NCBI RefSeq assembly: GCF_001194135.2
Contig: NC_068988.1
Location: forward strand, 38,163,193 to 38,227,192
Direction of reading: 5' to 3'
Source: Octopus bimaculoides
Lineage: Eukaryota
DNA length: 64,000 nucleotides
The notes beneath the pieces were generated by a model. It saw nothing but the letters and a program-made list of their open reading frames with translations. It had not been told where the DNA came from and searched no databases. A program made the position numbers and the translations under genes. Below are positions 47,369 through 60,480 of the stretch, piece by piece. Positions within the stretch are counted from its first letter, which is position 1, and each line of letters opens with the position of its first letter.

Positions 47369-47689
47369 CCGTTGCCGCCGCCGCCGTCTTCCATAAACAA
47401 CCTTGCCCGGAATTGTGTAATGGAAGGTAACTATCTAGGTGCAATCCCATAGTCATTCATGACCGAAGGTGGTTTTTACCCTTTATTTCCCAGCATTGCA
47501 GATATTCCAACCCTGAAGACAATGCTGGCCCAATTTTGGTTGTAAAATGTTAGAAAGAAAGAGAGAAACATGGACTGAACATTTGTGCACATATTTCACT
47601 CAGATATTTCATTAGTGTCTTAGTTACCAATGATCCTGTTGATCATTTATAGTCTTCAGAAATGCAATAAGTTTATTGTAGACAAACCT

Positions 47690-47990
47690 TCCATTGGGCT
47701 CACAAACATGTGGTAGAGAGTTTGATTCCCAGACCAGGCTGTGTGTTGTGCTCTTGAGCAAAACACTTTATTTCACATTGCTCCAGTTCACTCACCTGTA
47801 GAAATGAGTTTCAATGTCACTGGTGCCAAGCTGTATCAGCCTTTGCCTTTTCCTTGGATACGATTGGGGGGGGGGGCTGGTATGCATGGCCTCTGCTAGT
47901 CTTCCAGACTTGTGCCTTGGAGTTGTGCCTTGGAGGGTAACTTTCTAGGTGTAATCTCATGGTCATTCATGACCGAAGGGATTCTTTCTT
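47690..47990 (+). mobile_element. CORE-like SINE, tail variant Y (tail piece repeated at 47395-47480)
   Basis: TGTGCTCTTGAGCAAAACACTTTATTTCACATTGCTCCAGTTCACTC; tail GGTCATTCATGACCGAAGG. Confidence 0.65.
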
Positions 47991-48929
47991 TTTTTACACA
48001 TTTGCTGGTGATGGCAAGCTCTTTCTCCATTTACCCTACAATCCAGATGAAGAGTAAAGATTCCAAAGCATTTCATTTGTTGCTCCTCATGACAACTGAA
48101 CTGCTTATGCACATCTGTAGTATTGTTGGGGATGGTAAGAATAGAATGACAATGTTTTTAACAGAATTTATGGTGGTGTTGGTGTTGGAGGTGGTGGTAG
48201 TGTTAGTGCTGGTGCTGATGATGTTGGTGGTGGTGTCAATAGTAGCTATAACAGTGAAACCTCTCTTGTGTTCATTGATTATCCATTGTAATTTCCATTA
48301 AAACTTTGCTGTTTTAGAGGTTACACCATTATGACTACATGGCTTCTTGGTGTGTCTTGGTTTGTTTAATTTGCTGGTTCACTAGTTTGCTGCTTAGTTG
48401 TATAGTTCCCGAGTTTGTTGGTATTTTCCTTTGAATTGAAATCAATAATTGTGTCTGATCGTGTATCTAAAACATTTTTAACTAAATGACAGATGATTTG
48501 TAAAGGTTTAGTCAATTTGGAACCAAGATATTTAATTATTTACATATATTATGATTGCCTGATCAGTTTGCCTGACTTCATATATATATATATCAAAGGA
48601 TGGACAGATTTGCTTAAGCACAAAAATCAAATATGTTACAACCAACAAGAAAGGTCTCTGCAAAATTGCTCCTTCTGCTAAAAGTAGCAGCCAAATTTTT
48701 CTTTTTAATGTCTTTGAAAAACAAAATGCTAAAAGGAAAAGTCCTAGATATATTTTGTCTGTAAAAGTAAACCAGGTGGGGGCAAGACTGTAACCCCTGA
48801 TCAAAAGTCTGCATGTTCAAAACTGACAAGGGGTGGTGTTTAGAGGTGGTCTCAACAGCAACAACAGCAGCAGTGGCAGCAGCAGCAGCAGAAACAGCAG
48901 CAGCAGCAGCAGCAGCAACAACAACTTGT

Positions 48930-49060
48930 TAAAGAGCTCACTAAGTGGCTCTAGGTTCAGTCTCACTGTATGGCACTTTGGGCAACTCTCTTCTACTATA
49001 GCCTTGTGAGCAGATTTGGTTGATGGAAACTGGAAGAATCCCATTGTCACATACACACAT
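48930..49060 (+). mobile_element. SINE family B fragment
   Basis: GGTTCAGTCTCACTG..TTGGGCAA..GATTTGGT. Confidence 0.7.
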
Positions 49061-49414
49061 ACCCACACGTACACACACATGCACACTGGAAACAAAACAC
49101 ACACACACTACATATACATATACGCACACACACATACTTCAAACTACCAGTACTTTTCTACTGACCATTCTCCTATGCACATGTGTAGGTGAACACACAG
49201 CAGGCAACCACTCCTACCAACATTCTTACTATAAATTCTTCCTATGACCTTAAACGATACTATGTCCAACCACACACATACATAAACAGCCACAACCACA
49301 CACACACACACACATACATGTGCTATCATTACACACACACACATACCGCCTTCTCTTGCACTCTCCCGTCTTTGAAAAGAACTTTTCTTCACCCTTTCCC
49401 TTCCAGTCATTTCA

Positions 49415-49632
49415 ATATGTGACCGCGTGTGCATCATTGGCAATTTTCTTTCTCTGTCTTCCCTTCTTTGGACTTTTCATATATATCTGATGAAGAGCTC
49501 CCCTCGAAATATAGAATACTCTTTCTTTTCTTTCCTTTCCTGAGCATCCAATAACACTGTACTTATTCCATGTCCCCGCATTGTTGTTTTTTCGTGTTTT
49601 TTCTTGCTTGTTCATGTTTGGATTGTATATAT
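49415..49632 (+). mobile_element. Family F Penelope-derived repeat with hammerhead core at 49487-49513
   Basis: CTGATGA-A-GAG-CTCCC-CTC-GAA-ATAT-A; ends at (TA)n and gap. Confidence 0.6.
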
Positions 49633-50711
49633 NNNNNNNNNNNNNNNNNNNNNNNNNNNNNNNNNNNNNNNNNNNNNNNNNNNNNNNNNNNNNNNNNNNN
49701 NNNNNNNNNNNNNNNNNNNNNNNNNNNNNNNNNNNNNNNNNNNNNNNNNNNNNNNNNNNNNNNNNNNNNNNNNNNNNNNNNNNNNNNNNNNNNNNNNNNN
49801 NNNNNNNNNNNNNNNNNNNNNNNNNNNNNNNNNNNNNNNNNNNNNNNNNNNNNNNNNNNNNNNNNNNNNNNNNNNNNNNNNNNNNNNNNNNNNNNNNNNN
49901 NNNNNNNNNNNNNNNNNNNNNNNNNNNNNNNNNNNNNNNNNNNNNNNNNNNNNNNNNNNNNNNNNNNNNNNNNNNNNNNNNNNNNNNNNNNNNNNNNNNN
50001 NNNNNNNNNNNNNNNNNNNNNNNNNNNNNNNNNNNNNNNNNNNNNNNNNNNNNNNNNNNNNNNNNNNNNNNNNNNNNNNNNNNNNNNNNNNNNNNNNNNN
50101 NNNNNNNNNNNNNNNNNNNNNNNNNNNNNNNNNNNNNNNNNNNNNNNNNNNNNNNNNNNNNNNNNNNNNNNNNNNNNNNNNNNNNNNNNNNNNNNNNNNN
50201 NNNNNNNNNNNNNNNNNNNNNNNNNNNNNNNNNNNNNNNNNNNNNNNNNNNNNNNNNNNNNNNNNNNNNNNNNNNNNNNNNNNNNNNNNNNNNNNNNNNN
50301 NNNNNNNNNNNNNNNNNNNNNNNNNNNNNNNNNNNNNNNNNNNNNNNNNNNNNNNNNNNNNNNNNNNNNNNNNNNNNNNNNNNNNNNNNNNNNNNNNNNN
50401 NNNNNNNNNNNNNNNNNNNNNNNNNNNNNNNNNNNNNNNNNNNNNNNNNNNNNNNNNNNNNNNNNNNNNNNNNNNNNNNNNNNNNNNNNNNNNNNNNNNN
50501 NNNNNNNNGTATGTATGTATGTATGTATGTATGTATGTATGTATGTATGTATCTATTTATATGTATATGTGTGTGTATGTGTGTATGATTATATAGATAT
50601 AATTATAATTAAGGATACTGAGAAACAGTACCAACAAGCTAACAATGGAAGTCAAATGACTCTAAAACCACACATATATTATATATGTATGTGTGCGTGT
50701 ATATATATATA

Positions 50712-50882
50712 GGTGCACGCATGGCTGTGTGGTAAGAAGTTTGCTTCCCAACTATATGGTTCTGGGTTCAGTCCCACTGCATGGCACCTTGGGCAAGTAT
50801 CTTCTACAATAGCCTCAAGCTGACCAAAGCCTTGTGAGTGGATTTAGTAGATGGAAACCGAAAGAAGCCTGTTGTATATGTT

Positions 50883-50913
<31 letters not shown>

Positions 50914-51190
50914 GCACATGAGTGTGTCTGTGTGCATGTGCATGTGCATATATATATCTGTGAGTTTGTGTCTGTGTTTGTACTCACTACTATTGCTTGA
51001 CAACTAATGTTGGTGTGTTTACGTGCCTGTAACTTAGCTGTTTGGCAAAAGACACTGATAGAATAAGTACTAGGCTTACAAAGAATAAGTCCTGGAATCA
51101 ATTTGTTTGGCTAGCACCCCTTAAGGTGATGCTCCAGCATGACCACAGTCAGATGACTGAAACAAATAAAAGGATGAAAGAATAAAAGAA
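50712..51190 (+). mobile_element. SINE family B, full length
   Basis: As 5201 copy. Confidence 0.85.
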
Positions 51191-51201
51191 TATATATATA
51201 T

Positions 51202-51235
<34 letters not shown>

Positions 51236-51704
51236 NNNNNNNNNNNNNNNNNNNNNNNNNNNNNNNNNNNNNNNNNNNNNNNNNNNNNNNNNNNNNNNNN
51301 NNNNNNNNNNNNNNNNNNNNNNNNNNNNNNNNNNNNNNNNNNNNNNNNNNNNNNNNNNNNNNNNNNNNNNATGAGCTGCAAATACACTGCAGTATCAAAA
51401 CTGCAGTATTTGAATGTATAAATACTTGTAATACTGCTCATTGCTGTCTAGACTTTGATAAAACTAAATTTTTAATTTTCCAATAATGGAAATACCTTAT
51501 GGAAAAACATTAAAAAAAATATGCATGATAATCGATGTAAAGAAAGAAAGAAAGAAAGAAAGAAATTAATTAGCTGTTGTTTTATGTTTTATGAATTTAT
51601 CAACTTTGATCAGCGAATGCGAACATGAAAAAAAAAGAATGATTTATTGTTTTTCTGTTTTAAATATTATAAAAGAGGACATTTGTTTCTTTTTCTAAAA
51701 AGGC

Positions 51705-52140
51705 ACAAACATGGCTGAATGGTAAGAAGATTTTCCAACCACATGGTTCTCGGTTCAGTCCCACTGCATGGCACCTTGAGCAAGTGTCTTCTACAATAAC
51801 CTTGGGATTACCAAAACCTTATGAGTGGATTTGGTAGATGGAAGCTGAAAGAAGCCCATCATGTATTCATGTATATATATATCTATATATATATATATAT
51901 ATATCTTTATATCTATATATATTTATATATAAACACACACATATATATCTGTGTGTGTGTGTGTCTTTGTTTTTCCCTCACTGTCGTTTACAACCCCATA
52001 ATAGTGGTTCAGCAAAAGATACTGATAAAATAAGTACCAGGATAAAAAAAATTGTAAGTCCTGGGGGTTGATTTATTTGACTAAAATTCTATAAGGTAAT
52101 GACCCAGAACGGTCACAGTCTAATCACTGAAACATTTAAA
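51705..52140 (+). mobile_element. SINE family B, full length
   Basis: As 5201 copy. Confidence 0.8.
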
Positions 52141-52414
52141 AGCATAGAAATATAAAGCAAAACAATGACAACCAAAGAATGTGAATAATTGAAATGAATA
52201 CACAAATAAAAGGAGTAGAAGAGGAATTAGTGTCCTAAGCTAGATTATTTATCAAAGAGGAGTTAATGGAATAAGTGAAGAGAAAAAGACAAGTTGAAAA
52301 TGCACTAAGCTGTATTACCCTGTATTACCCTGAACACATTTTCAACTTGACTTCTGACTTGCATAGCTCTATATTTGGATTTGTATCCATTTTTTTATTA
52401 TTAGTTTGGTATAA

Positions 52415-52625
52415 AGGCAGTGAGCGAGCAGAGTGGGTAGCATGTCAAACAAAATACTTGTGGCATTTCTTCTAACTCCTTACATTCTTAGTTCAAATCT
52501 TGAAAAGGTTGACTTTGCCTTTCATTTTTCCAGAGGTGATAAAATAAATACCATTTGAACATTTGGGTCAATATAATCGACTAGTTCTCTCCTCGAAATT
52601 TCAGGTCTTGTGCCTACTGTTGAAA
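52415..52625 (+). mobile_element. SINE family D
   Basis: TAGTTCAAATC..GTTGACTTTGCCTTTCAT..ATAAAATAAATACC. Confidence 0.75.
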
Positions 52626-54057
52626 TAATTATTAGTTTGGTATAATGGCAGGTGTTGTACCCATAGCCTTCACATATCATCTAACACTGCTGAGATTAAT
52701 GCTGTCCACATTTTGCTTAAATTGTTGCAAGTCAATGACTGCAGGAAGCACTTGAACAGGGAGAGAGTTCTAGAGAATTCTGGAAAGGAAGGTCTAAGTT
52801 TAGAGATTAATGCAAGAATGAAGAGTTTGGAGATAAACCAAATGTATATTTACACGTATGCTCTCAGTAAGCTTTCTTAGGAAATTATTCTATGAATCTG
52901 CCTTTAGATTTGATGACTGCTTCAATGTAGGAATCACTGGCATGCCTGCACTAAATGGTCCTCATTCATTTTGGACATCACCTGGACACCAGTGGCCTTC
53001 AGTGGTATTCTGAGGATGTCAATCAGTCTTCCTTTCATCAATACTTCAACATATCCTCCCCTCCCCTCCTCCTCCTCCTCTCCTCCCCNNNNNNNNNNNN
53101 NNNNNNCCTACCACCTCCCCTAATGTTTTGAATCTGCTCATTCACAAGGTTGATTGTAGGCTGCAGTAAAAAAACACTTGCATAAGGTGCCATGCAGTGG
53201 GACTCTAGTGACACAGAAAAGAGCTATTTTGTTGTGGTGGAATAGCACAGTCATGCTATGGCCACTTCATCTAATTAGAGCTGGCTGCAGAAGGGTACAT
53301 GTAGCAACTTCTGCCCAGCAGTATATGTGCCTTTTTCAAATAGCTAAATTAGTTGCAGCATTGACAACCTTAGTGGCAACATCACCCTTTCTGATATGCA
53401 ACTATTACAGTGAACACTATCAACGCCGTGCAACTCATTTAATTTATATCAGTTTTTATCCTGCAGTGTATAAGCCACCCAAATGAAATACACCATAAGT
53501 CGTATGAATTTCTTCATGTCTTGTTACACCATTTATTTAGCATTCACACACAAACTAAAAAATAATTTTTATTGCTTTTTGTGAGTACTTGTTACCCTCC
53601 AAAAATAAATTTTTATGTCATATACACCTTGCCTTTTGACTTTCTTTACACATGCCATCACAGAACACTCACATGAAAATAGTGATGACAGCCATCATTA
53701 CAGGATTAAACCCCAAACCATGTGATTAGGAAGCAAGCTTCGTAACCACACAGTCAGTTAAAAAAGCATATAAATAAAATGTGCAAGATTATGAGGTTAG
53801 GAAATGACAAACAAATAAATTATAAATGAAGTTGAACGAAAATACAACATGTAACAGAAAAAAAACACAGAAATATAAAACAAAACAATGACAATCAATG
53901 AATGTGAATAATTAAAATAAATATACAAATAGAAAGAGTAGAAGAGGAATTGGTGTCCTAAGTTAGACTATTTATAAAAGAGGAGGTAAAGGAATAAGAT
54001 AAGCAAGAGAAAAAGAAATAGAAATGATACCAAAATTTACATTGTCTATTTACATTG

Positions 54058-55280
54058 CACGCGATACACAGAAGAATTAATAGGTTGATTAAGATACTCT
54101 CATGGCATGTGACCAGATGAGGTTTATATGTCAAAATAGTTCCTCTAGCAGTCTACACACTTCTTCTATCAGTCTTGCAGTGCTTGGATCCTATTGATGA
54201 AGAAGCTTTTATCCTGTTGGTCTAAAAAGTCATCAGCAGCAGATTTGACATCATCATCATCACTGTGACCTTGATGCTCAGTCAAGTGTTTTTTCATGTT
54301 GGGGAACAGATAATAGTTAGATACAGTGAAATCAAGGGAATAGGAAGAGTGATCAACCAGTTCAAAGCCACAGTCATGTACAGCAGCCATTGAAACCAAG
54401 AACTTGTGTGCTGGAGTATTGTCCAGATGAAACAAACTCCTTTTCATCAGTTTTCTTGGCCATTCAGCCTTGATGGCTTTTCATAACTGCTCAGCAAGTT
54501 TGCATTGTGCTATCCATTGATGGTGTGGGGCCACTTGTGAAGATAGTCAATAAGCACTATGTTTTTTGCATCCCAAGAAACTGATGTGATCACCTTACCT
54601 CCAGATGAAATGACCTTGGCCTTCATAGGAGCTGGTAAGGAGGGGATGTTTCCACTGCATGGATTGTCTTCTTTGTCTCTGGCTCAAAGTGATGAAGCCA
54701 ACACTCATCCTGGGTTAGGAAAGATTCAAGGAAAACAGTTGGATCTGCCTCAAACAATGTCAGACTTTCTTGTGATGTGATCAGCCTGGTGTGCTTTTCA
54801 TCAGACGTCAGAAGACAAGACACCCACTCAGAAGAAACCTAATGCATGTCAAGTTCATTGTGCAGAATATTCTCAGTTCTCACACGGTGGTGGTAGCTGC
54901 AAGATTTCCAGACCTTGGGTCATCTTCAAAACTCAGTTCCCCTCATAAATTCAGCTGCCCACTTCTGCACTGTTGATAAAGCTGGAGCATCATCCCCTAA
55001 TGTAACAACCATATCAGCATTAAGGTCTTTGGTGGGATTAAACACTTTTTCTGCAGGTACTTTACAACACGACAATGCCAAACTTTGCCCATTTTCAAGA
55101 GAGATTGCCACTAGTTACTTTTGAAGTCTTCTTTGAACAGTTATATCTCAATTTACCTGGAAGGAAACAATGCAGTTATTCATAAGAAGGGGCGAAATTA
55201 ATGCATGCAAGATTTCACAGCTCTAGCACCACTCCTTCAGAGTCAGCCTATGAACTTTTAAGCCCACACTTGCCTGTATA
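54058..55280 (-). mobile_element. Near full-length mariner with disrupted DD34D transposase
   Basis: LGDDAPALSTVQKWAAEF; FLTQDECWLHHFEPETK; FHLDNTPAH; HSSYSLDFTVSNYYLFPNMKKHL; diverged TIRs at both ends. Confidence 0.85.
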
Positions 55281-55281
55281 T

Positions 55282-55318
<37 letters not shown>

Positions 55319-56473
55319 NNNNNNNNNNNNNNNNNNNNNNNNNNNNNNNNNNNNNNNNNNNNNNNNNNNNNNNNNNNNNNNNNNNNNNNNNNNNNNNNNN
55401 NNNNNNNNNNNNNNNNNNNNNNNNNNNNNNNNNNNNNNNNNNNNNNNNNNNNNNNNNNNNNNNNNNNNNNNNNNNNNNNNNNNNNNNNNNNNNNNNNNNN
55501 NNNNNNNNNNNNNNNNNNNNNNNNNNNNNNNNNNNNNNNNNNNNNNNNNNNNNNNNNNTATATATATATATATATATGTATGTATATGTATATATATGTT
55601 TAGATAAATACATATGGTTGCTATTATGCAAAAGTGTTGTAAGTCCAAAATGTTGCTTTTCCAGAAAATGAAAAAAATAGTTTCACCATTCGATAGCAAA
55701 ACCGTTCTACTACACTTTGACAAGTTTTGATATCTTGACATCTGAAGCAGCCAGAGATATGATAGTTTGACCAAAAGAACCAGCTTTATCACAAGCAAAA
55801 ATAAATATTGAGAAAAATGCATTTGACCAAATTTGGACATATGACAGTTTAACATAATAGCAACGATATACATACATAGACGCATACTCATTCATTCACA
55901 CACATACACATGCATGGAGGGAATTTAAATTTATCTGTTCTATAATTACACTTTTTACAGTAAACTGATAAGAGGTAAACACTTGCCAAAACCTTGTATT
56001 ATTCAATATCTGAGATTTTATGCAAATTTGGCACGACAACGTCTTAATAAATAAAATTTCATCTATATCTAGACCAGTAATATAATTATTTCTTGAAATG
56101 CTTGAAGATGTATAGTGGATAAATATTAATATTTATGCCTTGGTATGTTTTTTTTTCTATTCAGTTAAGTCTACATATTATATTAAAGTATGTGTGTGTG
56201 CATATATTTCTAATAATATGATAACATATATATGTGTATGTGTGTGTGTGTGTGTGTATGTGTATTTATATATGTGTGTATATTATATATGTATATGTAT
56301 ATGTGTGTATATATTTATGTATGCATTTATCTATATCTATCTATGTATCTATATAAACACACACACACACACACATATATATGTATGTGTGTGTATGTGT
56401 ACATATATATGTATATATATATATAAATATATATATATACATGTATGTATGTGTGTGTATGTGTATATATATA

Positions 56474-56526
<53 letters not shown>

Positions 56527-57139
56527 ATATCAGTTAATGGTTCTTACATTGTTACCGAGTAACAGTATTCAAACATGTGAAGAAGGGAAACAGCATGATA
56601 ATTTACAAACAATGATATTTGTAAATATACTGCAAAAAAGCAGAAAAGCCCACAAGTAAAAACGTTAGAAAATGCATTTTAATTCATGTATTTAGCTGTC
56701 ATATGTTAGAATATATGATATATTCCTCTATTCACATGCAAAATCATGTTGTATTTCACATTCTCGGTAGCATATTTGTAAAACACACACACAAACAAGT
56801 GACAGTGGCTTTTGGTAATAAGATTTTAATGATGATGTATAACTCATTTTTTCTTTAATTTGTCAGTATGCAGCAATCTTTCAGGAGGGTCTGGCATATC
56901 CATTACTTGGGAAACAAACAGCTTAAGCCAATTGGTATATATGAAATTCACCATATATTTTTCCGTATTTACCATCCTTGAAAACTCACTTATATTAGGC
57001 AACTTCCTAATATCTAGTGTGAAACTAATTGGTAAGGTCAGGTGTAATGGATCTATATTACTGTATACATTGATTTATATATATTCCTCCTCTCACTCTC
57101 TGGGAGAGAAGCACAAGCACATACACAGACATATACACA

Positions 57140-57292
57140 CACGGCAGTAACTTCCGCCTACCAAATTCAATCACAAAGCTTCGGTCGGCTCGGGGCTATA
57201 GCAGAAGACACTCGCCCAAGGTGCTACGCAGTGGGACTGAACCCGAAGCCATGTAGCTGGGAAGCAAGCTTCCTAACCACACAGCCATGCCC
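57140..57292 (-). mobile_element. SINE family B, 5' part
   Basis: CTACCAAAT..GGTCGGCTCGGGGCTATAG..GTGGGACTGAACCCG..CCACACAGCCA. Confidence 0.8.
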
Positions 57293-57299
57293 ATATATA

Positions 57300-57925
57300 T
57301 ATATGGTGAGAATTTACATAAAAACAAAAGGCGAAGACGAGTGTGTAAACAACAAACAGATGTATTAGTTTATTAGGGATGGGATGTATAGGGATAGTGG
57401 GGTTGGAAAGTGTAGAGGTGGGTAACAAGGGAGGGGGTGACAATGAAGGGAGAAGGTGGATAGGAGTGAAGAGAGGAAGTACGTGTCAGACCAAGAGAGA
57501 AGTGGGTGGGAGGAAGTAGGTGTGAGAGGAAGAGAGGAGAGAGGAGGAGAGTTAGATGAAGAGGGGAGGAGAGTTGAGCCCATGTGGTGCAAAGGAGCAA
57601 AGAGAGAAGATTAATCCCTGTTCACGGCGAAGATGGGAGTCCAGATGGCCCCTGTACAAGGACAATCCGAACACAGACAGGTGTTGTAAAGAATGACCAG
57701 TAGAGCAGAAATGGCGCAAGACCGGGGTGTCATTGCTGAGTCTGATGTCTTGGAGGTGTTCCACGAATCAGTCAGCCAAGTGGCGTCCCGTTTGACCGAT
57801 ATATAGAAGACAGAGAGAGTAGGAGATGCAGTAGATGATGTTGCTAGAAGTGCAGGTGAAGGAGTCAGTGATATGATAGGGCTGATCATGGGTGCCTGTG
57901 AGGAGGGTGGTGTCGGAGAGGTAAG
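57300..57925 (-). pseudogene. Penelope-like element 3' end (GIY-YIG endonuclease plus terminus)
   Basis: DSFTCTSSNIIYCIS..LYIGQTGRHLAD*FVEHL..PVLRHF..GHS..REQGLIFSLCSFAPHGLN; terminus shared with 27361-27472. Confidence 0.85.
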
Positions 57926-57926
57926 G

Positions 57927-58085
57927 GCAAGGATCAGTTAATTATGATTTCATTGAAGATATTCTCCTTTCAGATTCATGCACTTATTGCAGTGGTCCTT
58001 CAGTTTTTTTCTTAGCCTTGTAAAAAAATTCAGAAGGCCTTTCGCAATAACCTAAAAACCAGGAACTTTTCAGCACCCCCTCATA
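57927..58085 (-). mobile_element. mariner MITE, partial
   Basis: CCAGGAACTTTTCAGCACCCCCTCATA; reverse complement of 23926 copy. Confidence 0.7.
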
Positions 58086-58089
58086 CATT

Positions 58090-58252
58090 CTGTAAAGTGG
58101 TTGGCATTAGGAAGGACATCCAACTGTAGAAATCATGTCAAAGTAGACAATGAGGTACAATGCAGTCCTTGGAGTGTTGGATCCTCTTAGACTGTCCAGA
58201 CCATGCCAGTATGGAACATGGACGTTAAATGATTTATAAATGATGACGGTAG

Positions 58253-58286
<34 letters not shown>

Positions 58287-58290
58287 GATG
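58090..58290 (+). mobile_element. RTE LINE 3' tail
   Basis: GGTTGGCATTAGGAAGGACATCC..GGACGTTAAATGAT. Confidence 0.75.
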
Positions 58291-58679
58291 ATGTAGATGA
58301 TGATGCATATGCATGTATTTGTTTGTATATCTGTGGCCAAGGCCGCAGGTCACGTACTGGACATCACAATCATTTTGGAAGTTGCTTTTCATCCTCCTTC
58401 ACAACTCCACAGGCACTTTCTGTTTTCTGCAAAGACTAATAGACGTCACTGATATATGTGTTTGTGTGTGTGTGTATGTGTGCGTGCGTGTGTGTGTGTG
58501 TGTGCATACATATATATGTGTATCTGTATGCATAAGTATGTGTATATATGTGCATTGTAATCTTTTGATATCCATCTTCCTTATAAGTATATATATACAC
58601 ATATATATGTACACACATATATACGCACAACATCTTTTGTATCGTTTTTTCTCTTTTTTTTTCTTTTTATATATTCTTT

Positions 58680-60480
58680 CCAATTTTAACTTCTAGCATT
58701 TATATTTCTCTCCTTCTCTCCAAATCTGTTCCAGTTTCTCTTCCTCTCTGCCTCTCTTTTTCTTTCGCTTCCTTTTCCTTCACTCTTTCATTAATTTTTT
58801 CTTTCATTTCTACTTTCACTTACTCTCCTTTTTCTCTCTTGTTTTGCACCCTTTCGCATCCTTCTTCTCATTGTTCCTTTCTTTATTTTGTTCCATTTTC
58901 TCTCTGTCTTTCTCTTTTTCCTTCCTCCCTTCCTTCCTTCCTTTTCTTTATTTTCAGTTTCTCTATCCCTCTTAGTTGTTTTCATCTTTTTTTTCTCTCT
59001 TCCTATCTTCATCTCTGTATCTCTTTCTTATTTCCTTCTCTGCATTTTCTTTATTCTCGTCTTTCTTAGTATGATATCCTGTTTTGCATTTCTTTCTTCA
59101 TTATTCACTTCTCACTCATTTACTTTCATTTTTCTTCGACCCCCCCCCATCCCTATTCTTGCCACTTTCTTTTTTTTCTTAATTGTTTTTTTTTCAAAAA
59201 ATATTTTTACATTACATTCTTTACATTTTGAAAGAAGAAAAACCAAAAACAGATGAGAATACAGCACATTGTAAAACAACCAAGAACAACAATCAAAAAA
59301 AAGGAGACAAAAAACAAAACAAAAAAATCAACAGCAAAATNNNNNNNNNNNNNNNNNNNNNNNNNNNNNNNNNNNNNNNNNNNNNNNNNNNNNNNNNNNN
59401 NNNNNNNNNNNNNNNNNNNNNNNNNNNNNNNNNNNNNNNNNNNNNNNNNNNNNNNNNNNNNNNNNNNNNNNNNNNNNNNNNNNNNNNNNNNNNNNNNNNN
59501 NNNNNNNNNNNNNNNNNNNNNNNNNNNNNNNNNNNNNNNNNNNNNNNNNNNNNNNNNNNNNNNNNNNNNNNNNNNNNNNNNNNNNNNNNNNNNNNNNNNN
59601 NNNNNNNNNNNNNNNNAGAATGCAATTAAAATTAAATTTATGTATCGATTTAACTTTACCTTTAACCACTACCACTACTGCAACCACCACCACCACCACC
59701 ACTGCAACTACCGCCACTGCCACCACTACCACCACCACCACCACCACCACCACCATCACCACTGCAACCACTACTGCTGTTGCCACCACTGCCGCTGCTG
59801 CCACCACCACCAAGTCCAATGACAACAATGGCAACAACAACAACAACAACAACATCATCATCAATACCAATGCCGTCAACAACAACAATAATAACAGCGA
59901 CAACAACAAGAACAGTTTGGCAACGGTATCTACCATAGCAGCAACACAAGACATCCCTCATCTTGCTAGATACAATTTTTGGTTTGTTTCTCCACTCCAG
60001 CCAGACCTCACTCACTCTGGCCAGATCTCTTGTACTCACCACTCTAACCAGATCTCACTCACTCTTACCTCTCTGCCATGTAAAAATAACTACAGAATCA
60101 ATTGATAGTGAGCTGTAGGGCAGAAGTATTGGAACTTTGGAATTTTCTTTCTTCTTTTTCTCTGATATCTATTCCTTTCTTCCACTCAGTTTGTTATATC
60201 TTCATGTTCTGGTTTTTGCATGTTTGTCATAGTTGCTATCGTCGTTGTTGTTGTTGTTGGTGGTGGTGGTTGTGGTGGTTGTGGTGGTTGTGGTGGTTGT
60301 GGTGGTGGTAGTGGTGATGGTAGTAGTGTTATTGTTGTTGCTGTCTTTTAGCTTGGAAATAAGGAAAAGAGAAAGAATGAAAGAAAGAAAATTCAAAAAA
60401 GAAATAAAGAAAGAAAGGAAGGAAGGAAGGAAGGAAGGGAGGAAGAAAAGAAAAAAAGAAAGAAGGAAGCGTAAAAGAAA
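58680..60480. repeat. Low-complexity field: CT-rich, (CAC/CAA)n, (GGT)n, GA-rich
   Basis: Direct inspection. Confidence 0.8.

Noticed and set aside
47590-47665. Minus-strand CTGAAGA..GAAATATGTGCACAAATG
   Set aside because: No convincing stem II or cleavage triplet
55600-55891. Protein-like frames on both strands
   Set aside because: Internal stops on +, no splice signals or recognisable motif on -
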